DNA from: Macrostomum lignano
Taxonomy: Eukaryota
Direction: 5' to 3'
DNA: 64,000 bases
Assembly (NCBI GenBank): GCA_002269645.1
Contig: NIVC01000051.1
Location: forward strand, 434,001-498,000
Part shown: one piece after another, positions 28,399-40,835 of the stretch
How positions within the stretch are numbered: the stretch's first letter is position 1
Layout: the number at the start of each line of letters is the position of its first letter
Translations under genes and position numbers: made by a program
Notes under the pieces: generated by a model
Told to the model about the DNA's origin: nothing
Database searches by the model: none
Seen by the model: only the letters and a program-made list of their open reading frames with translations

Positions 28399-28600
28399 GG
28401 CGGCTGGAGGCGCGCTGCTAGGCCCAACTAGGTAGTAATATATAGAATATGTGCACACGAGAGCCCGTCTACTGAGAATATCTATGGCCAAAAAACCATT
28501 GGCTCAGTACAAAACTGCTTCGCAGCCGCCAGTACCGTATTCGTAAATCGAATTTTCTTATGAATGCCAAAGGCACACCGCCGTTAAATTAATTCCGTCT

Positions 28601-29091
28601 TACACCATTTTACCCTCGATTTTGAACAAGGAGAACTTCGAAACTGACAAACTCCTCTTCAATATTGACACTCTATGGTCGGGCACTCAAAATCTACAAT
28701 CAATATTGACAGATCAAGCTTCGATTTCAAAATAGAATCGGACTTTGCAGCCCAACCAGTCAGGCTATTTTAGTCTGTGTGTAAAGGATGGAGAAAAATA
28801 AATTTTATCAATACTTGTAGATCCAAAAAGCAAAGTCAGAATAAGCTGATTTTGCACAGCTCACTTCAGCCCCGTTCAGGCTTTCATTGGATTACTTTGT
28901 TACCGAACTCTCCCAGGAGAAGTTGACTAAACGTGCATTGTCAAAATTGAACCAGAGTTTGTCAAAATTGAAGCTTGATCTGTCAATATTGATTGTAGAT
29001 TTTGAGTGCCCGACCATAGAGTGTCAATATTAAAGAGGAGTTTGTCAGTTTCGAAGTTCTCCTTGTTCAAAATCGAGGGTAAAATGGTGTA
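28601..29091. mobile_element. MITE with ~125-bp near-perfect TIRs, TA at both ends (Tc1/mariner-like)
   Basis: TACACCATTTTACCCTCGATTTTGAACAAGGAGAAC... is mirrored by ...GTTCTCCTTGTTCAAAATCGAGGGTAAAATGGTGTA. Confidence 0.85.
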
Positions 29092-29133
29092 ATAATTAAC
29101 CGAGCGGTTAAGGCCAGGTTTAGGGCCAGTAAT

Positions 29134-30410
29134 CAGTGTTGGGCAAGTTACTCTGAAAAAGTAACTTCCCGTTCCAAGGAAAGTAACTTCCGGTACTTCC
29201 GCTACCGGTCCTTTCGAATTTTAAAGAACCGCCAATTAAAAAGTACTTAAACATGTCTTCGTGAAAAAAACAAAAACATGTGTTGGTCTAGAGTTAAACA
29301 TGCTGTTATTCCTCAAAGATGCCACATAATGTTTTTGCTATTATCGCATCCAAAATTTGAGTGAATAAATGACACCTTTAAACAAAGATTAGCAGTACAC
29401 CAGGACGATACAGTCGCGATTCGCAGAAAAACTTTTAGAGGCCGATCTTCAAATGTTGATTCTGACTCATCAGAAGTATGTATGGAGATAATTTTTGTCC
29501 AATAGATGTGTCACAATGATCAGTGTAGAATACTTTAGGCTCGACTTTTAGTTTGTGCGGGCCATTCTTGTCGCCCTACTGTGGTATTTTGCTGTAGTTT
29601 TACAGCAGCTATATTTTTACAGTAGTGTAAGTATACTTTTGTACTGCTGAGCCATTTAGAATCAAAAATAATATTCTGTCAGCCTTAGAAATGCCAGTTA
29701 ACAATTAACAAAAAGGATACCGGACAACAAATGGCTGGAATTTAATTTAGATGGACCAACGCACAAGACTTTAAATAACTTGCTTAGTGCCTTTGCGCTG
29801 CAATTAGAAAATTTAGCCTGTTAAAAGTCAAAACACCTTTAGAATGCATCACTCGTGTCGTCCTGCACGAACATTGAAATGAAGAAATCGGCCTTCAAAA
29901 ATGTTCCACGAATCGCGAGTGTAGCGTCCAGATGTACTGCTAGTTATCCTGGTTAGAAAACTTCCAAGGGGTTGTTAAACAAGGATTTTATTATTTTGAA
30001 TGTGTCTTGTTTCAGCAAATAGTAGTTACTAATAATTACTTCATTCTATGATTCAATATGGTGCTTAAAACGTTCTTTAACTTAAAAAGTAATAAAACCA
30101 CATGATCTGGGATCAATTTTTTACCTTTTTATAATTTTACTACGAGGATTTTGGTGAAAATTTTTCGCTTTTTGAAAATTTTTAGTGCTAAATGGCTGTT
30201 TGGCACCTAAAATTTCATTTTCAAGTACCGGATGACCGGACTTATCAAAAAGTAACAATTCCGTTACCAAAGTCCGGCGTTCTAAAAAAAAGAACCCGAA
30301 AAAGTGCCGCTTTAAAAAAAGTAACTTCCGGTACTAAAAGTTACTTTTAGTTACTTGCCAGAAGTAACTACAAATACTTGCCGGAAGTGCCGGAACTTTG
30401 CCCAACACTG
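29134..30410. mobile_element. Non-autonomous DNA transposon (hAT-like ends)
   Basis: TIR CAGTGTTGGGCAA...TTGCCCAACACTG with subterminal AAAAGTAAC repeats at both ends. An 8-bp TSD is not evident. Confidence 0.7.
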
Positions 30411-31529
30411 TTCAGGGTATTTATAGCTATTCACCTCGTTCGCTTCTGTCTGCTTTATTTACTATGAGACGTGGTATTGAGTGCGACTGTCGCAGGGCAT
30501 GGAATAGAAGATGAGGATCTGAGGGGAAGATCACCGAGTATGAGCCGAATTTAACTAAATAATCCTCGTTTCCAGCACTGACTAGACTGTCCTTGCATGG
30601 CCTCGCATATAGTCCCTTTTTCGGCCATTTCATCGGGCAGTTGGGGTCAAGAACCTTCGTCTGTTACAGACCGGAAGTCCCGTCTCATTAGTGGGAATTT
30701 CTACCGGGTGTACTCCTTCACAGGTGACTGGTGGCGGCCAGTACCTTCAAACAATCCGAGCCTGCTGTCTAGATAATCTTGGCCGCAACGTCAGCTACCG
30801 CACCATCCAGAGGCGGATAAAGTCTAGGGGACGAGGGGTTTGCACAGGTGTTTTCATGCAGCCCGATCGTCCCTAGGGGAGACTGCAGCGCAAGTCACGA
30901 CATCATAGTCGGACTTTCTAGTCTCTCCCTTACTGGTACCCTCCCCCACTTACACGTTCGGTGAGCACACTTTCGCATCGCAAACCTACACGCACCTTGC
31001 ACATTAGCGCAGGCAATTTACACTGGGCCCGTTCCATAGAGCCATCGTAAGATAAGATCGTTCTTAACTCTAAGCTCCGCAGTGTAAAAGTTCCGACGTA
31101 TGATCAAACTTACGCTACGACAGCTTAGTTCGACCCCACTGTATTTAAGCTTTAAGCCCCAGCTAGGTCTTGCAGCACTATGAAGTAGCTCTGAAATATA
31201 CTGGTGACGCAATGTTCTGAATCTGAATTTCAACTCACTGATTTACGTTAGAATCGGTGGGTTTTAGAGCCAAGACTTAGCCGAGCAATAGAATTCAGCT
31301 TTATTTGATTCACGTGCACCAAGTCACAAGTCCTAAATAAAAAAATTATTCATTGCTGACCACAATACAATGGCAACTGGCTAGCTAAATGAGATTTTTC
31401 ATTATTTGCTATCCAATTCTTACGTCGGCATTCCCGATTAACTGAGCACACTGCTGTTCTTCCTTCCGATTTCGCTGGTGGAGATCGGCAGACAGGCGCT
31501 ACCTAGAGCCAAACTCGACTGGATCGTGA

Positions 31530-31741
31530 CTGGCTGCGCATCAAGGATGAAGAGCGCGCGCGAACCAAGCTTCGACTGTATCGCTGAATTCGCCGAGCTC
31601 AGCGCATCATGGTGCGCACACACCAGCAGCGACTGGGAGCGGCCAAGTTCTGCGATTTCAAAGTTGGTGACAAGGTGCGGCTTCGCAACGAGCGCCGTGA
31701 TGATCGCAAAGGTGGAAAAATGTCGTACCAGGAAAAATTAG
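31530..31741 (+). pseudogene. Gypsy/GIN-type integrase C-terminal fragment (second copy at 32301-32440)
   Basis: LRLYR*IRRAQRIMVRTHQQR..DFKVGDKVRLRNERRDDRKGGKM resembles the AQ..QK..YD..F.VGD.V..R..RKGGK tail of Gypsy-like integrases. The 140 bp at 31602-31741 is duplicated at 32301-32440. Confidence 0.5.
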
Positions 31742-32594
31742 GCTGGCGCCCCTGGTGCTGGCGCCCCTGGTGCTGGCGCCCCTGGTGCTGGCGCCCCTGG
31801 TGCTGGCGCCCCTGGTGCTGGCGCCCCTGGTGCTGGCGCCCCTGGTGCTGGCGCCCCTGGTGCTGGCGCCCCTGGTGCTGGCGCCCCTGGTGCTGGCGCC
31901 CCTGGTGCTGGCGCCCCTGGTGCTGGCGCCCCTGGTGCTAAAGCCCCTGGTGCTAAAGCCCCTGGTGCTGGCGCCTCTGGTGCTGGCGCCCCTGGTGCTA
32001 AAGCCCCTGGTGCTAAAGCCCCTGGTGCTAAAGCCCCTGGTGCTGGCGCCCCTGGTGCTAAAGCCCCTGGTGCTAAAGCCCCTGGTGCTAAAGCCCCTGG
32101 TGCTAAAGCCTCTGGTGCTAAAGCCCCTGGTGCTAAAGCCCCTGGTGCTAAAGCCCCTGGTGCTAAAGCCCCTGGTGCTAAAGCCCCTGGTGCTAAAGCC
32201 CCTGGTGCTAAAGCCCCTGGTGTTAAACCCTCTGGTGCTAAAGCCCCTGGTGCTAAAGCCTCTGGTGCTGACGCCCCTGGTTCTGGCGCCCCTGGTGCTG
32301 GCGCATCATGGTGCGCACACACCAGCAGCGACTGGGAGCGGCCAAGTTCTGCGACTTCAAAGTTGGTGACAAGGTGCGGCTTCGCAACGAGCGCCGTGAT
32401 GATCGCAAAGGTGGAAAAATGTCGTACCAGGAAAAATTAGGCTGGCGCCCCTGGTGCTGGCGCCCCTGGGGCTGGCGCCCCTGGTGCTGGCGCCCCTGGG
32501 GCTGGCGCCCCTGGTGCTAAACCCTCTGGTGCTGACGCCCCTGGTGCTAAAGCCTCTGGTGCTGACGCCCCTGGTTCTGGCGCCCCTGGTGCTA
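31742..32594. repeat. 15-bp minisatellite (TGCTGGCGCCCCTGG / TGCTAAAGCCCCTGG) in two blocks, 31742-32300 and 32441-32594
   Basis: Direct tandem copies. The GCG variant dominates at the left and the AAA variant at the right of the first block. Confidence 0.97.
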
Positions 32595-33813
32595 AAAGCC
32601 TACCAGTCAGACCAAAGCAGCTCAGCAATATTTCATTAAATACAAACTTGTTTGCAAACATGAAGCAACAAAAAACGCCATCTCAGCGCGATGCGCCACA
32701 ATCTTCATCGAGTTGAGATTAAAAACGCAGATTCCAGCGTCCAGATTAGACACGAACAGGTACTGGACAGTGGTATCGTGTCGTGTCCATTGAACGGTCG
32801 ATGAGGTTTGTTTCGAATGAGTTCACGACATCGCCGTCGGCTGTCTCGGCGTTGGAGCTGGACACGGACGACTCCGTGCCGCCGAGCCCAATGGGGAAGG
32901 TCTGGCTCACGCAGCAGTCGAACGGCCGCCACAAACTGCCGAATTACAAACTTATGGAAATATAACTTTATATGGCTTTGATTTAGAAAATTACAGAAAC
33001 GTTTGAACTTTCTTATACGCTCGTACTTATGAATTTTTAAATACGGCTCTTTAGGGGAAATTCATGGAGGAGATTGCAACGCAAAAGATGAAAAACACTA
33101 AGGGGACACCACACGACCAGGGAAGACTAAAAGACTAGACTATCGGCATAAAGTCTCTCCCACGGAGATTACAATGTAGGGGAGAGTTGATAGCATAATT
33201 CCGAGTTAAAAAATTAAGTTACAAGTTCTTTCGGCATTATCGCTTGGGCAGTAACAATACGTGCCGAAATAAAATGCCGGATTTGTACATGTATACACGG
33301 TATACCGCCGTTTACAGTCTATATATGGATAGGCTAAAATAATTGTAATTAAGGGCGTGGCGTAGACAAACACTCTCGACCTGTGTTTTTTTACCGAACG
33401 AGTTAGAGCTTCCAAGCGAAGGTTATCTTAAAAGAATTTACGTATGGATGCACGCTCGATCGAGACTGCAGCAGCTCATCTATTGCAGTTCGAAAGAAGA
33501 CATACAGTAATGCAAATATGCAGATAAACTGTGACTCATTCATTATAGTTTGCCTTCATTTGGAACTAACTGTGCAGAGAACAAATATCATACTGAGACG
33601 GCGAACAGCTTATAGTTTGGTAAATACAAGAATTTGCTTAGGACTCAAAATACAGTATAGCGCTATATGTGCTCAATGATGATGTATTCTCAACTACTGT
33701 CTTAAGATCGAAAATTTAAGCCGCAGCTTTAAACCAATCGCATTGCTCTTACATGAAATAAATACGTGTTATTACAAATCAGCTCGACCGACTTCGCTGG
33801 AAGATCTTACTAA

Positions 33814-35046
33814 ATGTTTACAGATTACATCGCTGTTTCTAATACTAGAATGCTTATCCGTTGGACAAGGCCCGGCAAAAGCCGAAGCATGTTGCTCATT
33901 CTGACGCTGCTATCTGCATTCAATCTGCTTCTTCTTACGAATTTAATGGCGGAAAAGTTCTTTAAGCCCATCGAATGTCTCGATGACACGGATCCCGCGG
34001 ACAACTCAACGATAAACATTACACGGCTAACGCCTTCACCCTTCAGTCGAACTTGTGGCGAGCTGCCCTACCGCTTCCCGGACTCCATCCCGCCGCTGGT
34101 GCACTGGACCAGCAAAGACGGTCGAGTGCCAGCCAAGCTGGTTCCCATTGTGCGCTCATGGAGGCGACTGCTCGATGTCAGACTCAACGATAGCAGCAGC
34201 GCTGACAGAAACAGCTCGAATACGGACGGATTCCTCGCTGACCGCTGGTACTTCATGCATTGGGACGACAAGCAGATCTCCGAGCTCATCTCAAAGCACT
34301 ATCCGTACCTTGTTCAAAGCTACCGCAAGCTGGTCAACGGGCTGGAGCGATCGGACATCGGCCGTCTGGTCGTGCTGCACCACGTCGGCGGTCTGTACAT
34401 CGACACGGATGTGGAGCTGCTTCGAGATCCGACACCGCTGCTGAGACCGTCGCAGCTTCAGGAAGCGGGGCTGACTCCGAACTTCGACTGTGAGTCAGCC
34501 GTGTGGAGTCAGGAGCCAATAGAGCATCCAGTGTTCCTTTTCAACCTAACCTCGATGATATCGAATGCGGTGATGATGAGCCGAGCGAATCACAGCTTCC
34601 TGAGCTTCGTGCTGAAGAACTGGCCGAAATGGTTCGAGCGGAATTGGGCCAGGAGAGTGAACAGGACCCACTTCGACGCGGTAATGGTGACCGGGCCCAT
34701 AATGCTGCAGGCATTCTACAAACGATATGCCTCGCTGAAGCCGAGCAGCCAGCCAGCCGACTGGTGCGGCAACATGCTGGCCAGGGGTGACGCATTCCAG
34801 CCCATCTGGGACGAGGTATTCGTTCCCAAGAAGCTGATCAAGTTCTGCCAGAGGCCGGACAAGCTTCTAAAAGTTCAACGTCGCCACTGCAAGCGTCTGA
34901 TTCGTCAAAAATTCCAGACGAAGCGCATTCCGAAGAGCTCGTACACGGTGCACAGGTTCCTGCACTTGAGCTACTCGGACAGCATGGATCTGGCCTGCAG
35001 TTTAAACATATCGTCAATTTTGCCAATTCTCAAATGCAAGCTGTAG
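33814..35046 (+). CDS. GT32 glycosyltransferase paralog 5
   Basis: 410-aa ORF with TM (MLLILTLLSAFNLLLL) and GT32 core. A phase-1 acceptor TTTACAG| (33823/33824) is present, but no first exon was identified. Confidence 0.85.
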   Translation: MFTDYIAVSNTRMLIRWTRPGKSRSMLLILTLLSAFNLLLLTNLMAEKFFKPIECLDDTDPADNSTINITRLTPSPFSRTCGELPYRFPDSIPPLVHWTSKDGRVPAKLVPIVRSWRRLLDVRLNDSSSADRNSSNTDGFLADRWYFMHWDDKQISELISKHYPYLVQSYRKLVNGLERSDIGRLVVLHHVGGLYIDTDVELLRDPTPLLRPSQLQEAGLTPNFDCESAVWSQEPIEHPVFLFNLTSMISNAVMMSRANHSFLSFVLKNWPKWFERNWARRVNRTHFDAVMVTGPIMLQAFYKRYASLKPSSQPADWCGNMLARGDAFQPIWDEVFVPKKLIKFCQRPDKLLKVQRRHCKRLIRQKFQTKRIPKSSYTVHRFLHLSYSDSMDLACSLNISSILPILKCKL

Positions 35047-35573
35047 CTGGCACTGTTAATTAAAATCTATTTGTGAGACAAGGATGACACTGTGGCATAA
35101 CAGGACGTAAAGCCCTACTCCCCCAGATCAAATAAAATCATTGATTTTGTGATAAAAATGATTGTTCCGATCTTTGCACCGCAGTGTATGTTTTCCGGGA
35201 AATTGGCCCATAAAAATGACACGAGCTTTGAGTTTTACATCCTGTTATACTTCAGTGGTCCTTGGCTTTTATAAATGTCTCACGATAGTCCGAACTTTTC
35301 TACTGAGGTTCATATGGAGATGTATACATTCTCCTCGTTTTCCTAGTGAGCGCTTTTTTCCATAGACATACTTGGAGAAAGGAAGAGAAAATATTTAACC
35401 TACTGAAAGCCAAAAGACGCATCAATATCCAGTACAGTTAGTCTATGGCGCAAGCCATGTGACTGAGTGGCTAAAGTGTTGTGAATCTAACTGCAGCAGT
35501 TCATCCATTTTTTTCGTCTCCTACATAATAGTAACATTTTACAATGCAAGACGACTTAGATTTACACCTTTTC

Positions 35574-35771
35574 ACGTTCAATTTTGATCAAAGTCCAGTT
35601 CTAAAAAAACTAGCGGAAATTCAATTCAGACTGAGGATAATTTTGTCTATGGCTAAACCTTACTTCGGTTAGAATGTTTTGAGCTGGGGTTAGACTGGGC
35701 CCCAGTCTGAATTGTCTGAATTGAATTTCCGCTAGTTTTTTTAGAACTGGACTTTGATAAAAATTGAACGT
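35574..35771. repeat. Long inverted repeat (~58-bp arms), small MITE or hairpin
   Basis: ACGTTCAATTTTGATCAAAGTCCAGTTCTAAAAAAACTAGCGGAAATTCAATTCAGAC (35574-35631) is a near-perfect reverse complement of 35714-35771. Confidence 0.85.
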
Positions 35772-35839
35772 AAAATGTGTAGTGTTAAGATATTTTGAAA
35801 GTAAATAATCCGCTGCAACGAATCCTGCTGCTGGTAGTT

Positions 35840-36500
35840 GCACCCGTCGGCCGGCACAGCTTGGATGGTATTGTTCGTGAATTAACGGCTCCCCTAACTG
35901 GAGTGACTGAAAGGTACACTAATCAGTCTCTACGCAAGACTTGCGCAAGTACTCTACACCGTGCTGGCTTCGCTAGAGAGGACGTCGCTCATGTTACAGG
36001 ACACTCTTCGACAGCTATTGAGCGCTATATTCAGTTTGACGTACAAGACCATGTTAAAGTGCACTTCTGGTCTTCTTGTGGTCAGTCATCAAGTCCGTTC
36101 ATTGCAACCGAGCCTGAACGCTCTGTTGAAGCTATGGAACAAAGCAACGTAGTGAGTGCTAATCCTGCAAAGAAAAGGAGGCTTAACATCAACGGTAACA
36201 CTAACACTGTTGAAATCGTCTTTGAGGGAGTGCTTAGAAAAGGCTTCTATTTCTTACTATGCTGAACTTAATTTTGCTGTTGGTTTTGTTAGTTTACATT
36301 CGTTAAATACAACTGTAGCAGGACTGAGAAATATTGAATATTGAATGGCACGAAACGAAGAAAGCGGCCTGGTGCACTGGAGGTGGATCCTCGCTAATGG
36401 TTTGAAGGAGATCAGCGAACTGTCGAAGATTGATCTAAATTACCTCCTTAAAAGTTTCATTCTGGAGGTGCGTACAAAGCCTATATATTGAAGGTCATTT
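35840..36500 (+). pseudogene. Crypton-type tyrosine recombinase (DUF3504-like) fragments
   Basis: PVGRHSLDGIVREL..YTNQSLRKTCASTLHRAGFAREDVAHVTGHSSTAIERY matches the YR box II (H/Q-x-x-R, GH, catalytic Y). A second piece, ISELSKIDLNYLLKSFILEVR (~36400-36480), resembles the Crypton N-terminal helix. Confidence 0.75.
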
Positions 36501-37431
36501 GCTGAAGAAAATAAAAGTGAAATTTGCTGTTTCAGACAATTCTCTCTATGTAGCCAAGTGAGCAGTTAGAAGCAGCGTTTTAATATTGTCTTTGGGCGAG
36601 TGAAATAAACCGTTTATTTGCACCGATGCAAATAAATGAAATTTACACTGAGACCATAGACGTTCGCCCGGGGCAAGTGGGGGATACATAAAAACTCGCG
36701 CGACAATAGACACTCGTCCGGGGCTACCATACCATTCAAATTTGGGGGATTTTCGGCACCCTCTGGCTTCCCATTATCGCCCTTAAAGCCTGGGTAATAC
36801 TGTAATTGTGCCATAGACTATGTGACTGAGTTGTACGAGCGCATGAGCTGCATTGATGAATATGGGCATGGTGGTGTGGGGGCGAAGCCCCCACATTTCA
36901 ACCATAGACAGAATGATTTAGTGAGAAACTATACAGTTTAACTATAGAGAAAGAATAAAGGAAATAATCCATTATCGGCCATACTTTTCGGGCCAAAATG
37001 AAATCGTCTATGGCAATAATCGAATATCAACCCGCCCGATAGCCACGTAGTCATGGTACAACTCCTCATGGTAACTAAATGCTAAATATTATACATTTAT
37101 ACAGATCTGTGTAAATGTGAGTCGCATAGCAAATGCTCAGCTATTCGTACGGCCTAACGCTATCTAAGCTTAAATAAAACCTACTAGTCTCTCTTATTGC
37201 GTATTTTATAGTTTAAAAAATTGGAATTAAAAAATTTAGACAAATTACGCGAAGACAAATAAGAAACAATAAAAAATCAAACGCGCGAACCGTTCCACTT
37301 CTCGGACGAAGTGTCTTTCTTGCCTTTCGAACGAAACGACCTGAACGAAAAGGCTTGCTTGTCAGTAACCTGCTTGGGCACCGCATAGCTGTGGCGCCAT
37401 ACATAGCTTTGTCACATTGTAATATACATGT

Positions 37432-38321
37432 AATATACCTTTTAACAGTTTTTTGGACATAAGTGAAGTTTATTTAGTCTTTGGCCAGCTCAGTCCTCGA
37501 AAAAAGAGTTTGGTTTAGTCAGCATTCGGGGTTTACCATAAACTATAGTAAAGAAATGAAATCGATTTAGTTAAGTGCCACGTATTTAAACCCTTTCATG
37601 ACAAGATTTTAGTCAAAGTGAATTTTATTTTCATGGCGGCAGCTGCAGGCATTCGCAGAGTCACCATCTCTGAGCAGGACCGGCGAAGACCCATCGACGC
37701 CTTTATTGGAAATGCCGATTGGCAGCAACCAGGGAGACAGCTAAACATCCAACGTCAGTCTGCCAGAACACCAGAACTCTACAAGAACACCGCGCCCGCA
37801 TTCTTGAGCGTGAACTGGAGGCCAGTATATTGCAGCTGTCACACAGCCTCACTGCGAAGCCTGGCATCGTGAGAGCCTTCGGTACATACCCCGCTACATT
37901 GCCATGGGAAGACATCGTTGATTGAATTGAAGAGTGAAGCGTCGTAACAATAATTTGTTGTGTCTGTGTTCGTTTGTATTGTTCTTGTTTAACTACTCGT
38001 GCATGTATCTTATCAAAGCTAACGACTAAATAAAATTCACTTTGTAACTTTTGTAAGTTACAAAAGTTACACTTTTGTTACACTTTTGAAAACAAAAGTT
38101 TCAAAAGTTTCAAAAGTGTACACTTTTGAAAAACTTTTGAAAAGTTTCACTTTCGTAACTTTTCAGAATTTAGCGGAACTTGACTAAATCGATTTTATTT
38201 CTTTACTATAGTCTATGGTAAACCCCGAGTGCTGACTAAATCAAACTCACTTTTCTAGGACTGAGCTGGCCGAAGACTAAATAAACTTCACTTATGTCCA
38301 AAAAATGTTAAAAGGTATATT
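37432..38321 (+). mobile_element. Internally deleted IS630/Tc1/mariner-like transposon with ~145-bp TIRs
   Basis: 37432-37577 is mirrored by 38177-38321. Internal fragments: RVTISEQDRRRPIDAFIGNADWQQ..QLNIQRQSAR (HTH-like) and WHRESLRYIPRYIAM.DIVD (Tc1-like C-terminus). A further TIR fragment lies near 53464-53510. Confidence 0.65.
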
Positions 38322-39152
38322 CAGCCAGTTGAAACGAGATTGCCCGCCTACTGAGAATGTTTATGGCCAAAAGTTCATTAATTCGGTGCAAACTCAGCTC
38401 GGGCGGACACGAAACGCACGACACGGTTTCACGCCTATAACGAGACTGCATTTTGGCAAATTTACACTTGACGCTGTGCTAACTGTAACACTCACTGCCA
38501 TGTACATATTAGAGAGCCGATTTAGCTGCTTCTAAGAATTACCAATAAAATGAATTTCTCTCTTAGTTCCTAACAAGCATATAGCACTAATTGCTACGTA
38601 TACGAGCTATAGTCTAATTAGACGACCAATAGCATACCGCACACTCGTTGCGCTCACGAGAATGTAGAATTGGCAAACAAATTTTACTCTGACAAATGCA
38701 GTCCTACCCCCAGTTATTTAGAGTATTCTGCAGAGCTGCGTGAACAAATTTCCGGCGCAGCAGGATTGCAAATATTTGCCCTCAGGCTTAACGTCTCTTC
38801 ACAGTGCGCGAATATTATACCAATTTTTTGCTATCTAGTTTGACAAAACAGAGCAATCTATTTTTCCCAAGGGAACTGATGCCTAACCATGTCCTATTAT
38901 GATCCCCAGCTTGAGCCATGGACTAATCTCCGAAAGCTGCATTCGATTTTAGTTTGCCCAAGAAGAATGGTATATTTCCGCACTCTAACGAGTTCGTCTA
39001 TGGCAAAAAGCACGAGTGCGCACGAGACGCACGAGTCAGAGTGTGGAAATTGCAGTGTTGTTGGATTCATTCTTGCACACAGTAAGAGTGGTAGGAAGCA
39101 GGGGTCAAGGGGACGCAGTCCCCTTGCCGGGGTGTGGGGGCGGAGCCCCCAC

Positions 39153-39459
39153 TAATACGAGACCATAGACAATTAAACCCAGACCAGTAATAGGAGACCA
39201 TAGACAATTAAACCCAGACCAGTAATAGGAGACCATAGACACTTAAACCCAGACCAGTAATAGGAGACCATAGACAATTAAACCCAGACCAGTAATAGGA
39301 GACCATAGACAATTAAACCCAGACCAGTAATAGGAGACCATAGACAATTAAACCCAGACCAGTAATAGGAGACCATAGACACTTAAACCCAGACCAGTAA
39401 TACGAGACCATAGACAATTAAACCCAGACCAGTAATACGAGACCATAGACACTTAAACC
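39153..39459. repeat. 35-bp tandem repeat, 9 units, each containing CCATAGAC
   Basis: GAGACCATAGACAATTAAACCCAGACCAGTAATAG; CCATAGAC at 39163, 39198, 39233, 39268, 39303, 39338, 39373, 39408 and 39443. Confidence 0.97.
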
Positions 39460-39678
39460 AAAGTGAACCAAAGTAAATTTAAATGAACTAAATATACTAT
39501 ATAATAAATGTTCCGTTTCCTTTATAGTGCAAGAATCGCACATCATTCCTGCACTGATTTTCTCTTTGATTTCAATGGCGTTTTTACCATAGACAGTTGC
39601 ATTCCGGTACGCGAACGAGTGCGGGAACGACATTCCTGCGCGCTGAATCCGACAACACTGTTTATTTGGAATCCATTT

Positions 39679-39863
39679 AGCAGTGAATGAACGAACAGTG
39701 AGCAGTGAATGAACGAACAGTGAGCAGTGAATGAACGAACAGTGAGCAGTGAATGAACGAACAGTGAGCAGTGAATGAACGAACAGTGAGCAGTGAATGA
39801 ACGAACAGTGAGCAGTGAATGAACGAACAGTGAGCAGTGAATGAACGAACAGTGAGCAGTGAA
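39679..39863. repeat. 22-bp perfect tandem repeat (AGCAGTGAATGAACGAACAGTG), about 8 units
   Basis: Identical tandem copies. Confidence 0.97.
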
Positions 39864-40540
39864 CACATACAGTTTAATGCACACACCGACGCACAGTCGT
39901 TGTAATGAAGAGAGAGAGAGAGAGAGAGGGGGTCAGTTGGTTGTCTGAATGTCAGTTTGTTGTCATTCAGCCAAAGGTGTCGACCAGCTCTAGACACCTC
40001 GATGTACGGTTGAGTATTGTTCACCTACTGAATGCACTTCTGCTGGGGTGGTGCCATACATTAGGGCCTCCACCTCTCGTATGGGCACTGGTATGCGATG
40101 CGGTTCGATTGAAGGGTTCGCTGGATCGTTGGATCGTTAAAAAAACCGCCGGTGCATGGTACTTCGTAATAATCCTGTCGTAAGGTGCACAAAACTACCA
40201 GACGGGAAAAATCCCCCCCCCTGACAATTTTCTTGGCTGCGCCGGAACGGAGCAACGCAGACACACAAAAAAACACGGGCTAACTTTCTGTTGCGCACCT
40301 TTTCAAACAAGAATAAAGTCGCCAGCCCTCTGGACCGTTAAGATATTCTACGATTTTGCCAAAAAGTCGGATTTTTTCCATAAGCGCTAGTGTATTCAGT
40401 ACACCCCTGTGCGCCAATCAGCACTGCGCCTCAGTGCAGCCTTGCCAAGCCTCCAAACTTCATCAGCACGTCGATCACATGTGTCTGCATCAGCACTGAC
40501 TTCTTTGGTCACTAGCCTTCACCCAGGCGGAGCTTCTGGA

Positions 40541-40835
40541 CCTTCAACAGGTGGCACCAGGTGACTATGGACACCCTGATGCGGATTTCTCTAGTTTCGC
40601 TGATCAAGCCTCGACAGTGGGCAAAACTCGACTGCTGGACGTTCTCAGCTAGTCTCTCAAGCATTCTGTCATCACTCAGACGCCATTGGCACCTTCAACA
40701 GATTACACCACGCGACTATGGACATCCTTTTGCGAATGTCTTTGATGTCACTGATCAATCATCAATAATGGGCAAACTTTAACTCCTGGTCATTCTCAGC
40801 TAAGGCTCACAAACAGTCTATCATCACTCGACGTG
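40541..40835. repeat. Diverged tandem duplication, 151-bp period
   Basis: CCTTCAACAGGTGGCACCAGGTGACTATGGACACCC (40541) versus CCTTCAACAGATTACACCACGCGACTATGGACATCC (40692); similarity continues through GGGCAAA and TTCTCAGCTA. Confidence 0.7.

Noticed and set aside
31609-32661. PGALA/LVLAP/WRPWC repeat ORFs
   Set aside because: Translations of the 15-bp minisatellite, open in several frames at once.
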